Both the position numbers and the translations under genes were made by a program. A stretch of 64,000 nt of DNA from an uncultured Erysipelotrichaceae bacterium (lineage in GTDB: Bacteria; Bacillota_I; Bacilli_A; RFN20; CAG-826), in assembly GCA_900316365.1 (NCBI GenBank), contig ONCO01000004.1:74918-138917 (forward strand), written 5' to 3'. The notes beneath the pieces are model-generated. The model made no database searches. It was not told the origin of the DNA and was given only the letters and a program-made list of their open reading frames with translations. How positions within the stretch are numbered: position 1 is the stretch's first letter; the number at the start of each line of letters is the position of its first letter. Shown one piece after another: positions 1 to 10,339 of this stretch.

Positions 1-154
1 AGCAGACACGGCAGCTGGCGAGGGAGCATTCGTTGTTTTTCCACGCGCAGAGAGATGGGATGCGATAGCCGCATTTTCTCGCCGCTTCGAGGATGGAGAG
101 GTTAGAAGGAACGCTGTAGATTTTGCCTTCAATTTTGATATTGACGTTTTCCAT
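1..154 (-). CDS. hydA: [FeFe]-hydrogenase catalytic subunit (HydA/HndD-like), N-terminal fragment; runs off the window edge
   Basis: Not in the ORF track. Manual translation from ATG at 154 (RBS AAGGAGG upstream) gives MENVNIKIEGKIYSVPSNLSILEAARKCGYRIPSLCAWKNNECSLASCRVC, a 2Fe-2S N-terminal domain (C..C..CRVC). It directly follows hydB. Confidence 0.8.
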   Translation of the reverse strand, partial: MENVNIKIEGKIYSVPSNLSILEAARKCGYRIPSLCAWKNNECSLASCRVC

Positions 155-170
155 TTTCATTCCTCCTTAC

Positions 171-2045
171 TTATTTCTTAGAAATAGCCTTGAAGACGCA
201 ACCGGCCAAGCAGGTGCCGCACTTAACGCACTTGGACTGGTCGATGACGTATGGGGTCTTGCCAGGGACGCCGCTGATCGCGGAGGTTGGGCAGTTACGA
301 GCGCACTTGGAGCACTTCTTGCACTTCTCTGGATCGATGACGTACTGGATGAGCTTTTTGCAAACGTGGCTTGGGCAGACCTTGTCTTTGACGTGGGCTT
401 CGTATTCTTCTGGGAAGCTGTTCATCGTCGAGAGAATTGGGTTCGCCGCGGTCTGGCCTAAGGCGCAGAGGGAACCGTTCTTGATGACGGTGGCGAGGTT
501 CTTCATATCGACGAGGGTCTGTTCGGTGCCGTTGCCGTTGGTGATGTCGGTGAGCATCTCATAGAGTCTCTTGGTACCGATACGGCATGGAGAGCACTTA
601 CCGCAGGATTCGCTGACGATGAAGTCCATATAGAAGTGGGCAACGTCGACCATGCAGTTGTCCTCGTCCATGACGATGGCGCCGCCGGAGCCCATCATGG
701 AGCCTTTGGCGACTAAGGTGTCATAGTCGATTGGGGTATCGAGGTCTTTCTCGGTCAAGCAGCCGCCGGAAGGACCGCCGGTCTGGATGGCTTTGAATTT
801 CTTGTTGTTCGGGATGCCGCCGCCGATATCGTAGATAAGGGTGCGGAGGGTGGTGCCCATTGGAACTTCGACGAGACCAACGTTGTTGATCTTGCCGCCG
901 AGGGCGAATACCTTGGTGCCCTTGGAGCCTTCGGTGCCGATCTTCGCATATTCGGCAGCGCCGACGCGGAGGATGTATGGGACGGTAGCTAAGGTCTCAA
1001 CGTTGTTGACGCAGGTTGGTTTGCCCCAGAGACCTTTGATAGCTGGGAATGGCGGACGTGGACGTGGCATACCTCTCTTACCCTCGATGGAGTTAAGAAG
1101 GGCGGTTTCTTCGCCGCAGACGAAGGCGCCAGCGCCGAGTCTGATATGAGCGCGGAAGTTGAAGCCGGTGCCGAGGATGTTATCGCCGAGCAAGCCGACT
1201 TTTTCCATATCGTCGATAGCGCGCATCAAGCGGGCGACCGCGACTGGGTATTCGGCACGGACGTAGAAATAGCCTTCGTCAGCGCCATAGGCGTAACCGG
1301 CGATCATCATACCTTCGATGACTTCGAATGGGTTCGCTTCGAGGATGGAGCGGTCCATGAAGGCGCCTGGGTCGCCTTCGTCGCCGTTGCAGACGACGTA
1401 CTTCTTATCGCTTTGGACGTTCGCGGCGAACTGCCACTTACGGCCGGTTGGGAAGCCACCGCCACCACGGCCACGGAGGCCGGAAGCGATAACTTCGTCG
1501 ATGACCTGCTGAGGGGTCATTTCGGTTAAGACTTTCTTTAAAGCTTTGAAGCCATCATAACCAAGGGATTCTTCGAGAAGGTCTGGGTTGATGATGGAGC
1601 AGCCATGGAGGGCGACACGCTTTTGCTTCTTGTAGAAGTTGATGTCGTCCATACGGGTAACCTTTTCGTGGGTCTGTGGGTCGACGTAGAGAAGGTTGGT
1701 GCAGATCTGACCGCCGATGAGGTCATCGTTGACGATTTGTTCGACGTCGGAGACCTTAACGGCGCGGTATAAGGTGTCTTCTGGGTAGATCTTGACGAAT
1801 GGGCCCTGGGAGCAGAAGCCGAAGCAACCGACGTGGTTGACGGAGACTTTGTCTTCGAGGCCTTTTTCTTTGATGAGTTCTTCGAAGCGTTTGATGATCT
1901 CCTCGCTGTGGTTGGCTAAGCAGCCGGTACCACCGCAAACGAGAACGCTGCGCTTACCGTTTTTGCCACTGATGCGGTCTTGCATCATCTTGGTGGATTC
2001 TTCAATGCATTTACCAAGACACTCTGGCGTGGTGATTTTTTCCAT
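171..2045 (-). CDS. hydB: Electron-bifurcating hydrogenase NADH/FMN-binding beta subunit (NuoF/HydB/HndC-like)
   Basis: GRGGGGFPTG, CNGDEGDPGAFMDRS, GAGAFVCGEETAL and ESCGKCSPCRIG motifs; N-terminal thioredoxin-like 2Fe-2S domain; C-terminal 2x[4Fe-4S]. Confidence 0.93.
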   Translation of the reverse strand: MEKITTPECLGKCIEESTKMMQDRISGKNGKRSVLVCGGTGCLANHSEEIIKRFEELIKEKGLEDKVSVNHVGCFGFCSQGPFVKIYPEDTLYRAVKVSDVEQIVNDDLIGGQICTNLLYVDPQTHEKVTRMDDINFYKKQKRVALHGCSIINPDLLEESLGYDGFKALKKVLTEMTPQQVIDEVIASGLRGRGGGGFPTGRKWQFAANVQSDKKYVVCNGDEGDPGAFMDRSILEANPFEVIEGMMIAGYAYGADEGYFYVRAEYPVAVARLMRAIDDMEKVGLLGDNILGTGFNFRAHIRLGAGAFVCGEETALLNSIEGKRGMPRPRPPFPAIKGLWGKPTCVNNVETLATVPYILRVGAAEYAKIGTEGSKGTKVFALGGKINNVGLVEVPMGTTLRTLIYDIGGGIPNNKKFKAIQTGGPSGGCLTEKDLDTPIDYDTLVAKGSMMGSGGAIVMDEDNCMVDVAHFYMDFIVSESCGKCSPCRIGTKRLYEMLTDITNGNGTEQTLVDMKNLATVIKNGSLCALGQTAANPILSTMNSFPEEYEAHVKDKVCPSHVCKKLIQYVIDPEKCKKCSKCARNCPTSAISGVPGKTPYVIDQSKCVKCGTCLAGCVFKAISKK

Positions 2046-2530
2046 TATTCAGCAGCCTCCATGTTGCGATATTCGTTAATGATTCTTTCGACCTGATCCG
2101 GGGTGACCTTTGGATAGACTTTGCCATTGACGGAGAGAGCCGGGGCAAGGGCGCAGGCGCCGATGCAGCGGAGGGCGTCAAGGGTGAACATGCCATCCTC
2201 GGTGGTTTCGCCGGCCTGGATGCCAAGGAGCTCGCTGAACTTGTCGATGACGAGCTGGGAGTTCTTGACGTAGCAGGCAGTGCCGAGGCAAACGCCGATA
2301 ACGTATTTTCCTTTTGGGTTGAGGGAGAAGAACGAGTAGAAGGTAACGACGCCATAGATCTCGGCGACTGGGATACCGGTCTTCTCGCTGACCACTTCCT
2401 GGACCTCAAGAGGGATGTAACCATACTTCTTCTGGATTTCTGAGAGGATCATCATCAAAGGCGATGGTTCTTTTGCGTGCGAATCGCAAATGGCCTCGAT
2501 GTCCTTTTTTACTTCCGAACGGATTTTCAT
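2045..2530 (-). CDS. hydC: Hydrogenase 2Fe-2S gamma subunit (NuoE/HydC/HndA-like)
   Basis: VCLGTACYVK and CIGACALAP 2Fe-2S motifs; GVVTFYSFF. Confidence 0.92.
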   Translation of the reverse strand: MKIRSEVKKDIEAICDSHAKEPSPLMMILSEIQKKYGYIPLEVQEVVSEKTGIPVAEIYGVVTFYSFFSLNPKGKYVIGVCLGTACYVKNSQLVIDKFSELLGIQAGETTEDGMFTLDALRCIGACALAPALSVNGKVYPKVTPDQVERIINEYRNMEAAE

Positions 2531-2599
2531 TTTTATTCCTCGTAAAAAGAAAAAATCTTTGGATATATTTTACAAATATATCAGAGATATCGTCAAAGT

Positions 2600-2707
2600 T
2601 TTACCGATATCCAAAACCAAAAGATTAGGTATCATCGCATTGTAACCGCTTCCAATTTACCGATTAAAAATTTTTACCGATTTCTCTGAATCGATTATAT
2701 CGGTAAA
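2600..2707. repeat. Four copies of TTTACCGAT upstream of the hydrogenase operon (three direct, one inverted)
   Basis: TTTACCGAT at 2600-2608, 2656-2664 and 2673-2681; ATCGGTAAA at 2699-2707. Confidence 0.8.
2641..2654. promoter_or_regulatory. cre-like (CcpA/LacI-family) operator
   Basis: TGTAACCGCTTCCA resembles the cre consensus TGWAANCGNTNWCA. Confidence 0.5.
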
Positions 2708-2747
2708 TCGATAGTAAACATCGAATCTTTTAGACTTTTAAGTTAAC

Positions 2748-2776
2748 AAAAACCCTCCCGTTTTTCGGGAGGGCTT
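2748..2776 (-). terminator. Intrinsic terminator after rplQ
   Basis: CCCTCCCG/CGGGAGGG stem followed by a T-run on the minus strand. Confidence 0.8.
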
Positions 2777-2793
2777 TGTCTTTGGAAATGCGA

Positions 2794-3174
2794 TTAGTCG
2801 ACGTAGCTGACTAAGACCACTTCCGCGTCATCGCCACGGCGGTTGCCGAGCTTAAGGGCGCGGGTGTAGCCACCGTTGCGGGTAGCATACTTCTTGCCGA
2901 GTTCGTCGAAGAGTTTCTTGAGGGACTCTTCATCACGAAGGATAGCGGCGGCCTGGCGACGGGCGGCTAAAGAGCCGTCTTTCGCAAGGGTGATCATCTT
3001 ATCGCCGAGGGACTTGAGTTCCTTGACGACGCCAGAGGTAACTTGGACCTGGCCGTATTTAACTAAATCGGTGACGACGTTGCGGAGCATCGACTTGTTC
3101 TTCGAGGCGGTATAACCAGCCTTGAAGCGCACGCCGGCTTTGCCGTGAACGTTCTTTCTTCCTTGTGCTGCCAT
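2794..3174 (-). CDS. rplQ: 50S ribosomal protein L17 (divergent N-terminus)
   Basis: Position after rpoA; RNGGYTRALKLGNRRGDDA motif. Confidence 0.93.
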   Translation of the reverse strand: MAAQGRKNVHGKAGVRFKAGYTASKNKSMLRNVVTDLVKYGQVQVTSGVVKELKSLGDKMITLAKDGSLAARRQAAAILRDEESLKKLFDELGKKYATRNGGYTRALKLGNRRGDDAEVVLVSYVD

Positions 3175-3177
3175 TGT

Positions 3178-4185
3178 TTATTCTCCTACATAGTCGCGGA
3201 AATGGAGGCCGATATTGGCGAGCTTTTCTTTGACTTCTTTGAGCGACTTCTTGCCGAGGTTGCGGACCTTCATCATCTCGTCTTCGGATCTCTGGGTGAG
3301 TTCCATGACGGTGCTGATGCCAGCACGCTTCAAGCAGTTGTTGCTGCGGACGCTGAGATCGAGTTCTTCGATCAACATGCCCTGATACTTGTTGTCTTCT
3401 GGTTTGACTTCTTCTTTGACTAACTTGTAGTTCTTGACGGCTTCATCGAGTTTGGTGAATTCGTTGAAGTGGGCCACGAGAAGCTGGGAAGCCATCGCAA
3501 CCGCTTCGTGCGGCTTGATGGAACCGTTGGTGGTGACTTCAAGAGTGAGCTTGTCAAAGCTGGAATCATGACCGACACGGGTCGGTTCGACGAGGTAGCT
3601 GACCTTGGTGACTGGGCTGTAGTTGCTGTCGGTAGCGATGACGCCGACGGTCTTGATGCCGCGGTTGGTCTTGTTCGCTTCGGAAGTAACGTAGCCTCTG
3701 CCAGCGCCAACGAAGATAGTCATCTTGATGTGGCCATCTTTATTGAGGTGAGCAATCTCTAAGTCTTTGTTAACGACTTCGACAAAGGCTGGGACCGGGA
3801 GGTCGCCGGCGGTTAAGACCGCTGGGCCTTTGACATCGACTTCGATACGCTTCGGTTCGTTAGAGGTGTCAGTGATCTTAAGGACGAGATCCTTAAGGTT
3901 GAGGACGATCGCGGTGACGTCTTCTTCGACGCCCGGGATCGAGCTGAATTCATGGCGCACGCCTTCGATCTGGACGGCGTAGACACTGGCGCCTGGGAGC
4001 GCGGAGAGAAGGACTCTTCTCAAGGCGTTTCCAACAGTCAAGCCAAAGCCTCTTTCGAGTGGTTCGACGACGAATTTGGCGAAGTGCTCATCTTCATCGT
4101 TGACGGCGACTGTGGTTTTGATCGGCTCGAATGGATCAGGGAGTCTGATTTCTTCGACGGAATCGGTTTTTGCGATAGATGCCAT
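3178..4185 (-). CDS. rpoA: RNA polymerase alpha subunit
   Basis: EPLERGFGLTVGNALRRVLLS; C-terminal IEELDLSVRSNNCLKRAGI. Confidence 0.98.
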   Translation of the reverse strand: MASIAKTDSVEEIRLPDPFEPIKTTVAVNDEDEHFAKFVVEPLERGFGLTVGNALRRVLLSALPGASVYAVQIEGVRHEFSSIPGVEEDVTAIVLNLKDLVLKITDTSNEPKRIEVDVKGPAVLTAGDLPVPAFVEVVNKDLEIAHLNKDGHIKMTIFVGAGRGYVTSEANKTNRGIKTVGVIATDSNYSPVTKVSYLVEPTRVGHDSSFDKLTLEVTTNGSIKPHEAVAMASQLLVAHFNEFTKLDEAVKNYKLVKEEVKPEDNKYQGMLIEELDLSVRSNNCLKRAGISTVMELTQRSEDEMMKVRNLGKKSLKEVKEKLANIGLHFRDYVGE

Positions 4186-4235
4186 ATTTATTGATTCCTC
4201 CTATGGTTCTAATGTAGCGATTGGTTTAGATCCGA

Positions 4236-4640
4236 CTAGCCACGAGGACGCTTTGGCGGCCTGCAGCCATTGTGTGGGACTGGAGTGGTATCTTCGATAG
4301 AAAGAATCTGGAGGCCAACGGTTGGGATGGCGCGGACGGCCGATTCACGGCCTGGGCCTGGGCCCTTGACCTCGACGTCAACCTGACGGAGGCCCTGGTC
4401 GAAGGCGCTCTTAGCAGCGGCGCGAGCGGCGAGCTGAGCGGCGAATGGGGTGGATTTCTTAGCACCCTTGTAGCCGAGTCCGCCAGCGGACTGCCAAGCG
4501 ATGACGTTACCAGCAGTATCGGTGATGGTGACGATGGTGTTGTTAAACGTAGCGTGAATGTGAGCGACGCCTTTGGTGAAGGAACGCTTGACTTTCTTCT
4601 TACGTGCAGAGGTGGATTTACCTTTTTTTGCAGTAGCCAT
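4236..4640 (-). CDS. rpsK: 30S ribosomal protein S11
   Basis: [24 protein letters not shown] and [15 protein letters not shown]. Confidence 0.98.
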   Translation of the reverse strand: MATAKKGKSTSARKKKVKRSFTKGVAHIHATFNNTIVTITDTAGNVIAWQSAGGLGYKGAKKSTPFAAQLAARAAAKSAFDQGLRQVDVEVKGPGPGRESAVRAIPTVGLQILSIEDTTPVPHNGCRPPKRPRG

Positions 4641-4655
4641 TGTTTATCTCCTTCC

Positions 4656-5030
4656 TTATTTAGTCGCTTCTTTCTTATTCGCGATGGTCTTTCTCTTACC
4701 TTTGCGGGTACGAGCGTTGGTTCTGGTGCGCTGACCGTGAACTGGGAGGCCACGCTTATGGCGGATGCCACGGTAGCAGCCGATTTCGGTTAAACGCTTG
4801 ATGTTGAGGGCGACTTCGCGGCGGAGGTCACCTTCGGTGTGGTATTTCGCGACTTCGTTACGGATCGCGGTTAACTGCTCATCGGTCAAATTCTTGACGC
4901 GGATGGCTTCGTCGATTTTGGTTTCGGCGAGGATTTTCTTAGCGGTCGTGCGGCCAATACCATAGATGTAGGTAAGGCTGATGCCGACGCATTTCTCATT
5001 TGGGATATCAACCCCAGCAATACGTGCCAT
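4656..5030 (-). CDS. rpsM: 30S ribosomal protein S13
   Basis: [10 protein letters not shown]; [19 protein letters not shown]. Confidence 0.98.
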   Translation of the reverse strand: MARIAGVDIPNEKCVGISLTYIYGIGRTTAKKILAETKIDEAIRVKNLTDEQLTAIRNEVAKYHTEGDLRREVALNIKRLTEIGCYRGIRHKRGLPVHGQRTRTNARTRKGKRKTIANKKEATK

Positions 5031-5054
5031 TGTTAATTAATTCCTTTCGTAAGC

Positions 5055-5168
5055 TCAACCCTGACGCTGTTTGTGCTTTGGGTTAGAGCAGATAACCATG
5101 ACTGTGCCATGGCGACGAATGACCTTGCATTTGTCACAGATTGGCTTGACGGATGGTCTGACTTTCAT
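5055..5168 (-). CDS. rpmJ: 50S ribosomal protein L36 (Zn-binding type)
   Basis: Not in the ORF track. Manual translation gives [37 protein letters not shown]. Confidence 0.97.
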   Translation of the reverse strand: MKVRPSVKPICDKCKVIRRHGTVMVICSNPKHKQRQG

Positions 5169-5200
5169 GTTTCTTACTCCTTAAAGTAGCTGATACGGTT

Positions 5201-5422
5201 TCAGTTCCTGTATCGGAACGTAATACGCCCACGTGTTAAATCGTAAGGTGAGAATTGGACGGTGACCCGATCGCCGGGAAGAATGCGGATGTAATGCATC
5301 CGGATTTTACCCGAAACGCAGGCTAGGACCACAGCGCCATTGGCGAGTTTCACCTTGAACATGGTATTAGGCAAACACTCTAATACCGTCGCCTCGACTT
5401 CGATGCAATCTTCTTTGCTCAA
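5201..5422 (-). CDS. infA: Translation initiation factor IF-1
   Basis: [19 protein letters not shown]; TTG start. Confidence 0.97.
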   Translation of the reverse strand: MSKEDCIEVEATVLECLPNTMFKVKLANGAVVLACVSGKIRMHYIRILPGDRVTVQFSPYDLTRGRITFRYRN

Positions 5423-6201
5423 ATAGCGTACCCCCTTTCTTTTTTCTCTTTCTCAAGCATGGTGAGGATTTCAAATCCTGTCGACGTCACTACGATCGTA
5501 TTTTCGTAGTGGCACGTGAGTTTACCATCCTTTGCGACTGCCGTCCAGCCATCCTTTAGGATGCGGAGCGAATTTTTGCCTTCGAGCAGCATTGGCTCGA
5601 AGCAAAGTGTCATGCCTTCGCGGAGGATTGGACCTTCCCCTGCATACCCGTAATTCGGGATGTAAGGGTCCTCATGCATGTTGCTACCGATGCCGTGACC
5701 CGTATATTCACGGGCGACTTGGTAGCCGTTCTCTTTCGCAACGCTTTCGATGCGATGAGAGATATCGCCAAGGTGGACGCCCGGCTTGATGAGCTTCATC
5801 GCCTCGTCGAAGCACTTGGTAGTGACATCGATGATGCGCTTCTGCCTTTCGCCGCAGATGCCGACCGCATAGGTACGGCAGGCGTCGGCCAAAAAGCCGT
5901 TCTTCTCCGCGACGATGTCGACGGAGACGATATCGCCATCACGAAGAATGCGCTTGGCGCTTGGAATGCCGTGGACGAGTTCTTCGTTGACGGAGACACA
6001 GGCCGCAGCCGGATAGCCGCAATAGCCCTTTTCAGCGCTTTTCGCGCCGTGTTCCACCATGACTTTCTCCACAAGCTCGGAGATCTCCAAAGTGGAGACC
6101 CCCGGCTTGATGAATGTCTCTAAAGCGGCGAAAACTTCGCCGACCACCACACCAGCCTCGCGCATGAGTTTGATTTCACGCGGTGACTTGATGATGATCA
6201 T
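5419..6201 (-). CDS. map: Methionine aminopeptidase type I
   Basis: [31 protein letters not shown] and EPML motifs. Confidence 0.97.
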   Translation of the reverse strand: MIIIKSPREIKLMREAGVVVGEVFAALETFIKPGVSTLEISELVEKVMVEHGAKSAEKGYCGYPAAACVSVNEELVHGIPSAKRILRDGDIVSVDIVAEKNGFLADACRTYAVGICGERQKRIIDVTTKCFDEAMKLIKPGVHLGDISHRIESVAKENGYQVAREYTGHGIGSNMHEDPYIPNYGYAGEGPILREGMTLCFEPMLLEGKNSLRILKDGWTAVAKDGKLTCHYENTIVVTSTGFEILTMLEKEKKERGYAI

Positions 6202-6851
6202 TGATTCGCCTCGAGGAGAGAGAAGACTTCCTGACGGATGGTTTCAACGGCCTGGTTGCCGTTGAATTCGTGAAGGAAGCCAGCCTTCTTGTAGTAATCG
6301 AGAAGGGGGGAAGTTTGCTTGTTGTAGTTCTCAAGTCTCACCTTGAAGGACTCCGCATTGTCGTCTTTGCGCTGGATAAGCTCGCTGCCGCAACGATCGC
6401 AGATTCCGTCCTTGGCTGGCTTTCTATTCACAAGGTGATAGGAAGCGCCGCACTTTGGGCAGACCCTACGCTGGGCGATACGGTCGACGAGGATTTCGTC
6501 AGGCACAGAGATATTGACGGCAAGGTTGACGGCACGGCCGATTTTCGGACCGAGCTCGGCAAGAGCTTCCGCCTGCGGGATGGTGCGTGGGAAGCCATCT
6601 AAAAGATAGCCGTTCGCGCAGTCATCTTTGGAGAGACGATCCTTCACGAGGTCAATCGTGAGGGAATCAGGGACAAGACCGCCTTGATCGATAATCGCTT
6701 TGGCCTGAAGACCAAGCGGGGTCTTATTGGCAATCGCTTCCCTGAACATGTCGCCAGTCGAGATATGTGGGATGTGGAAGTGCTCGGCGATATCGACCGC
6801 CTGAGTACCTTTGCCCGCTCCCGGCGGGCCCATCAAAATGATATTGAGCAT
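6198..6851 (-). CDS. adk: Adenylate kinase (Zn-lid type)
   Basis: GPPGAGKGTQ P-loop, HISTGDMFR, LLDGFPRT and a CxxC..CxxC lid. Confidence 0.98.
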   Translation of the reverse strand: MLNIILMGPPGAGKGTQAVDIAEHFHIPHISTGDMFREAIANKTPLGLQAKAIIDQGGLVPDSLTIDLVKDRLSKDDCANGYLLDGFPRTIPQAEALAELGPKIGRAVNLAVNISVPDEILVDRIAQRRVCPKCGASYHLVNRKPAKDGICDRCGSELIQRKDDNAESFKVRLENYNKQTSPLLDYYKKAGFLHEFNGNQAVETIRQEVFSLLEANQ

Positions 6852-8221
6852 TAGTTAATTCCTCCGCCAGCTTGCACCTGTTCGAAGGATTTGCCAGCCA
6901 AGAGACCGTCGATCTGCGCATTCATTTCGAGTGCGACGCCGACGATGATGATCATACCGGTGCCACCGATGGCTAAGTTGGTTTGGTTACCAAAGGCGCC
7001 AGCGAGCGTGAAGATGACCGGTAAGGCCGCGATGAAGGCAAGGGCGAACGCGCCGATGCAGGTAACGCGGTTAAGGACTTTGCCGACATATCTCTCGGTT
7101 TCTTTGCCTGGGCGGATGCCTGGGATATAGGAACCGTTCTTCTGGAAGTTGTCGGCCAAGGTAGCTGGATCGATTTCCATCTGCGCATAGAAGAAGGCGA
7201 AGAGGAGGTTCAAGGTCGTGTAGATGATTAATCCCCACGGCATATACCACTTACCGCCATTAAACCATGGCATTTCGAACATTTGGCTGTAGTTGAAGAC
7301 CCCGAGCCAAGAGGCGTTAGCGGCCTCGCCCGAGATGAAGCTCGCGATGACCGATGGGGCCATCATGATCGAGCTGGAGAAGATGATCGGCATAACACCA
7401 GCGGAGTTTACCTTTAACGGCAAGAAGCTCGCGCGGGCCATAGCGGCCGAACCACCCTTGCCAGCGTGCTGGACAGGGATTTTACGTCTGCTGAGCTCAA
7501 TGAAGACGACAAACGCCGTGATGAGCACGAACAGCAAGATGTAGAGAGCGAATTGGAAGGAGCCTTTGATTAACTCATTGGCGCCATGGCTCTGGTTCTG
7601 GACGATCCATTTGGACCAAGCGGTAGAAATCTGGACTGGGAGCGAACGAACGCAACCGGCGAAGATAACGACCGAAATACCATTACCCAAGCCTTTCTCG
7701 GTGATCTGGTCGCCAAGCCACATGGTAAGCATCGCACCGGCGAGCATAACCGTGACGAGGTAGGCATAACGCCAGAACCCCTCAGGGAAGCTGGAGGAGA
7801 ATTCAATGTAATTGTTGTTCTCCATGGTGCGGATGATGCCATAAGACTGGACAGCACCGAGTAAAAGGGTCAGATAGCGCGTGGCCATCTCGCTCTTTTT
7901 ACGGCCGTACTCACCTTGTTTGGAGAGTTCGGTAAGAGCGGGGAGGACATCCTTCGAGAGGAGCTGAATGATAATCTGAGCGGTAATGTAGGGCGAAACG
8001 CCGAGAGCCAGGACGGAGAAGTTCGAGAGAGCTCCACCGCCCATAAGGTTCATAAGCGAGATCGCATTGCCGGAATTCATGGCGTTGTTGAGAGCCTCAG
8101 TCGCCTTGATTCCCGGAACCGTGATAGCCGCCCCGATCCTGATGACGAAGATAATCATGACCGTAAAGAAAATACGGCCGACAATTTCTTTATTCTTAAA
8201 GATCGAGACGAACTTTTTCAT
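6851..8221 (-). CDS. secY: Preprotein translocase SecY
   Basis: ALGVSPYITAQII, GLGNGISVVIFAG, GVMPIIF and IPGIRPGKET. Confidence 0.97.
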   Translation of the reverse strand: MKKFVSIFKNKEIVGRIFFTVMIIFVIRIGAAITVPGIKATEALNNAMNSGNAISLMNLMGGGALSNFSVLALGVSPYITAQIIIQLLSKDVLPALTELSKQGEYGRKKSEMATRYLTLLLGAVQSYGIIRTMENNNYIEFSSSFPEGFWRYAYLVTVMLAGAMLTMWLGDQITEKGLGNGISVVIFAGCVRSLPVQISTAWSKWIVQNQSHGANELIKGSFQFALYILLFVLITAFVVFIELSRRKIPVQHAGKGGSAAMARASFLPLKVNSAGVMPIIFSSSIMMAPSVIASFISGEAANASWLGVFNYSQMFEMPWFNGGKWYMPWGLIIYTTLNLLFAFFYAQMEIDPATLADNFQKNGSYIPGIRPGKETERYVGKVLNRVTCIGAFALAFIAALPVIFTLAGAFGNQTNLAIGGTGMIIIVGVALEMNAQIDGLLAGKSFEQVQAGGGIN

Positions 8222-8676
8222 TATTCAATAACCTCAGCTTTGCCGCCAGCGGCTTCGATGGCAGCTTTGGCAGACGCAGAGAAGGCAGCGACCTGGACGG
8301 TGAGCTTCTTGCTAAGAGTGCCTTTTCCAAGGATTTTAACTCCAGAGAGCTCTTTTTTCACTAAGCCTTTTTCTAAGATGAGAGCTGTGGTGACAGTCGC
8401 ACCGTCTTCGAAGACATTTAACTTCTCGAGGTTAACGACCGCGTATTCGATTTTGACACCAGTGTGGGTCTTGCGGGAACCGAACTTCGGGAGACGACGA
8501 TAAATCGGCATCTGACCGCCTTCGAAACCGCCCTTCTTGGTGTGGTTGTGAGCACCCTGACCTTTGGTACCTTTACCGGCAGTCTTGCCGTTTCCGGTGC
8601 CGCGGCCACGGCCTTTGATGAAGCGCTTGGTCTTCGCACCTTCCTGGACGGAAAGCGTGGAAAGAGTGGTAGCCAT
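8221..8676 (-). CDS. rplO: 50S ribosomal protein L15
   Basis: [15 protein letters not shown]; [16 protein letters not shown]. Confidence 0.97.
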   Translation of the reverse strand: MATTLSTLSVQEGAKTKRFIKGRGRGTGNGKTAGKGTKGQGAHNHTKKGGFEGGQMPIYRRLPKFGSRKTHTGVKIEYAVVNLEKLNVFEDGATVTTALILEKGLVKKELSGVKILGKGTLSKKLTVQVAAFSASAKAAIEAAGGKAEVIE

Positions 8677-9386
8677 TATTCTTTATCTCCTTTCGGGGCG
8701 ACTTTGGCTTTGAGTTCCTCTGGGGTCTTGAGGCCACGGAGAACCATGGTCTTGTTGTAATCCTTGAGGGAACGTAAACCAGCGTTGGTCGCACGGATAA
8801 CGTTGATGGAGCTACGGGAGCCGTAGACCTTAGAGACAACGTTCTTGATGCCGGCAAGTTCGAGGATGGCGCGGACCGCACCACCGGCGACGATACCGGT
8901 GCCAGGTTTGGCTGGCTTAAGAACGACGGTGGTAGCACCGAACTTACCAACGACATCATGGGCGATGGTGCCGCCTTTGACGATGTTGACGTAAGACATG
9001 TTCTTCTTGGCCTGCTCTAAGCTCTTCTTGATTGCATCAGGGACCTCACCGGATTTGGAATTGGCGAAGCCATACTTGCCTTTTCCATCGCCGATGACCA
9101 CGAGCGCGGAGAAGCGGACGTTTTTACCACCCTGAGTGGTTTTGCTGACGCGGTTGATCTGGACAACTCTTTCGAGGTATTCAGGTTCCTGGCGGCGGAA
9201 GCCACCACGACCACCACGGCGTTCGCTTGGACGACCACGGTGGTTGCCAAACTTACGATCGCCTGGACGGGCAGCGCTCTGGGAACCGTGAGGTTCATAG
9301 CCCTGACGAGGACCGCGGGTAGATTTTTGGCCTTCGGCCGGTTTCTGCTCAGCAGCAGCTGGAGCAACAACTTTATTTTCTTCCAT
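8676..9386 (-). CDS. rpsE: 30S ribosomal protein S5 with ~70-aa N-terminal extension
   Basis: [27 protein letters not shown]; [18 protein letters not shown]. Confidence 0.97.
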   Translation of the reverse strand: MEENKVVAPAAAEQKPAEGQKSTRGPRQGYEPHGSQSAARPGDRKFGNHRGRPSERRGGRGGFRRQEPEYLERVVQINRVSKTTQGGKNVRFSALVVIGDGKGKYGFANSKSGEVPDAIKKSLEQAKKNMSYVNIVKGGTIAHDVVGKFGATTVVLKPAKPGTGIVAGGAVRAILELAGIKNVVSKVYGSRSSINVIRATNAGLRSLKDYNKTMVLRGLKTPEELKAKVAPKGDKE

Positions 9387-9397
9387 CGGTTTTCTCC

Positions 9398-9754
9398 TTA
9401 GAACTCAAGGCCGCCTTCACGGGCAGCGTCGGCTAACGCGGCCACACGGCCGTGATAGAGGTAGCCATTGCGGTCGAAGCAGACCTTGGTGACACCTTTG
9501 GCTTTAGCCTTCTTGGCTAATTCAGCGCCAACTTTGGCAGCGCCTTCGCAATTGCCGCCATCGGCGAGCTTCATGGAAACGCTGGAAGCGGAAGCGATGG
9601 TGACGCCTTTGACGTCATCAATGAGCTGAGCTTCGATATTTTTGTTGGAACGGAAGACACAGAGGCGTGGCTTTTCGGCCGTGCCACTGATCTTTTCGCG
9701 GACGCGGAGATGCTTTCTCTGGCGAACCGCAGTACGAGAAATCTTTTCGATCAT
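9398..9754 (-). CDS. rplR: 50S ribosomal protein L18
   Basis: [12 protein letters not shown]; [24 protein letters not shown]. Confidence 0.97.
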   Translation of the reverse strand: MIEKISRTAVRQRKHLRVREKISGTAEKPRLCVFRSNKNIEAQLIDDVKGVTIASASSVSMKLADGGNCEGAAKVGAELAKKAKAKGVTKVCFDRNGYLYHGRVAALADAAREGGLEF

Positions 9755-9765
9755 GGTCGCTCTCC

Positions 9766-10320
9766 TTATTTCTTACCACCGGCAGCGGCGCGCTTACCTT
9801 CCTTACGGATGATAAATTCGCCTTTGTATTTGATGCCTTTGCCACCATACGGTTCTGGACGCTTGGTGTCATGGATGAGGGCCGCGGTCTGGCCGACAAG
9901 CTGTTTGTCGATGCCTTCGACGGCGATGTGGGTTTCATCAGCAAGGCTGATTTTGACTCCTGGAAGAGGAGCGATGGTGACGGCGTGGCTGAAGCCGACA
10001 TGGAGGACGATAGAGGTGCCCTTCATCTCAGCGCGGTAGCCGATACCGTTGATCTCGAGCTCTTTCTTGTAGCCTTCGGTAACACCCTTAACGGCGTTAG
10101 CGATGTTGGCTCTAACAGTGCCGTGATTCTCGACGGCCTGTTTCTCATCGTGCAAACGGTTGACGATGAGTTCGTTGCCTTTCACCTCGACGCTCACGTC
10201 AGCCTGTGGAAGGTGGACGTTTAATTCGCCTTTGGGACCTTTGACAACGATGGCGCCTTCCTTAATTTCGGTGGTGACACCGGCTGGAAGAACGACGGGT
10301 TTAAATCCGATACGTGCCAT
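9766..10320 (-). CDS. rplF: 50S ribosomal protein L6
   Basis: VKGPKGEL; [12 protein letters not shown]. Confidence 0.97.
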   Translation of the reverse strand: MARIGFKPVVLPAGVTTEIKEGAIVVKGPKGELNVHLPQADVSVEVKGNELIVNRLHDEKQAVENHGTVRANIANAVKGVTEGYKKELEINGIGYRAEMKGTSIVLHVGFSHAVTIAPLPGVKISLADETHIAVEGIDKQLVGQTAALIHDTKRPEPYGGKGIKYKGEFIIRKEGKRAAAGGKK

Positions 10321-10339
10321 TTTGTTTATTTCTCCTTAA

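Noticed and set aside
4186-4235. Absence of rpsD between rpsK and rpoA
   Set aside because: Normal for Firmicutes, where rpsD is encoded elsewhere.
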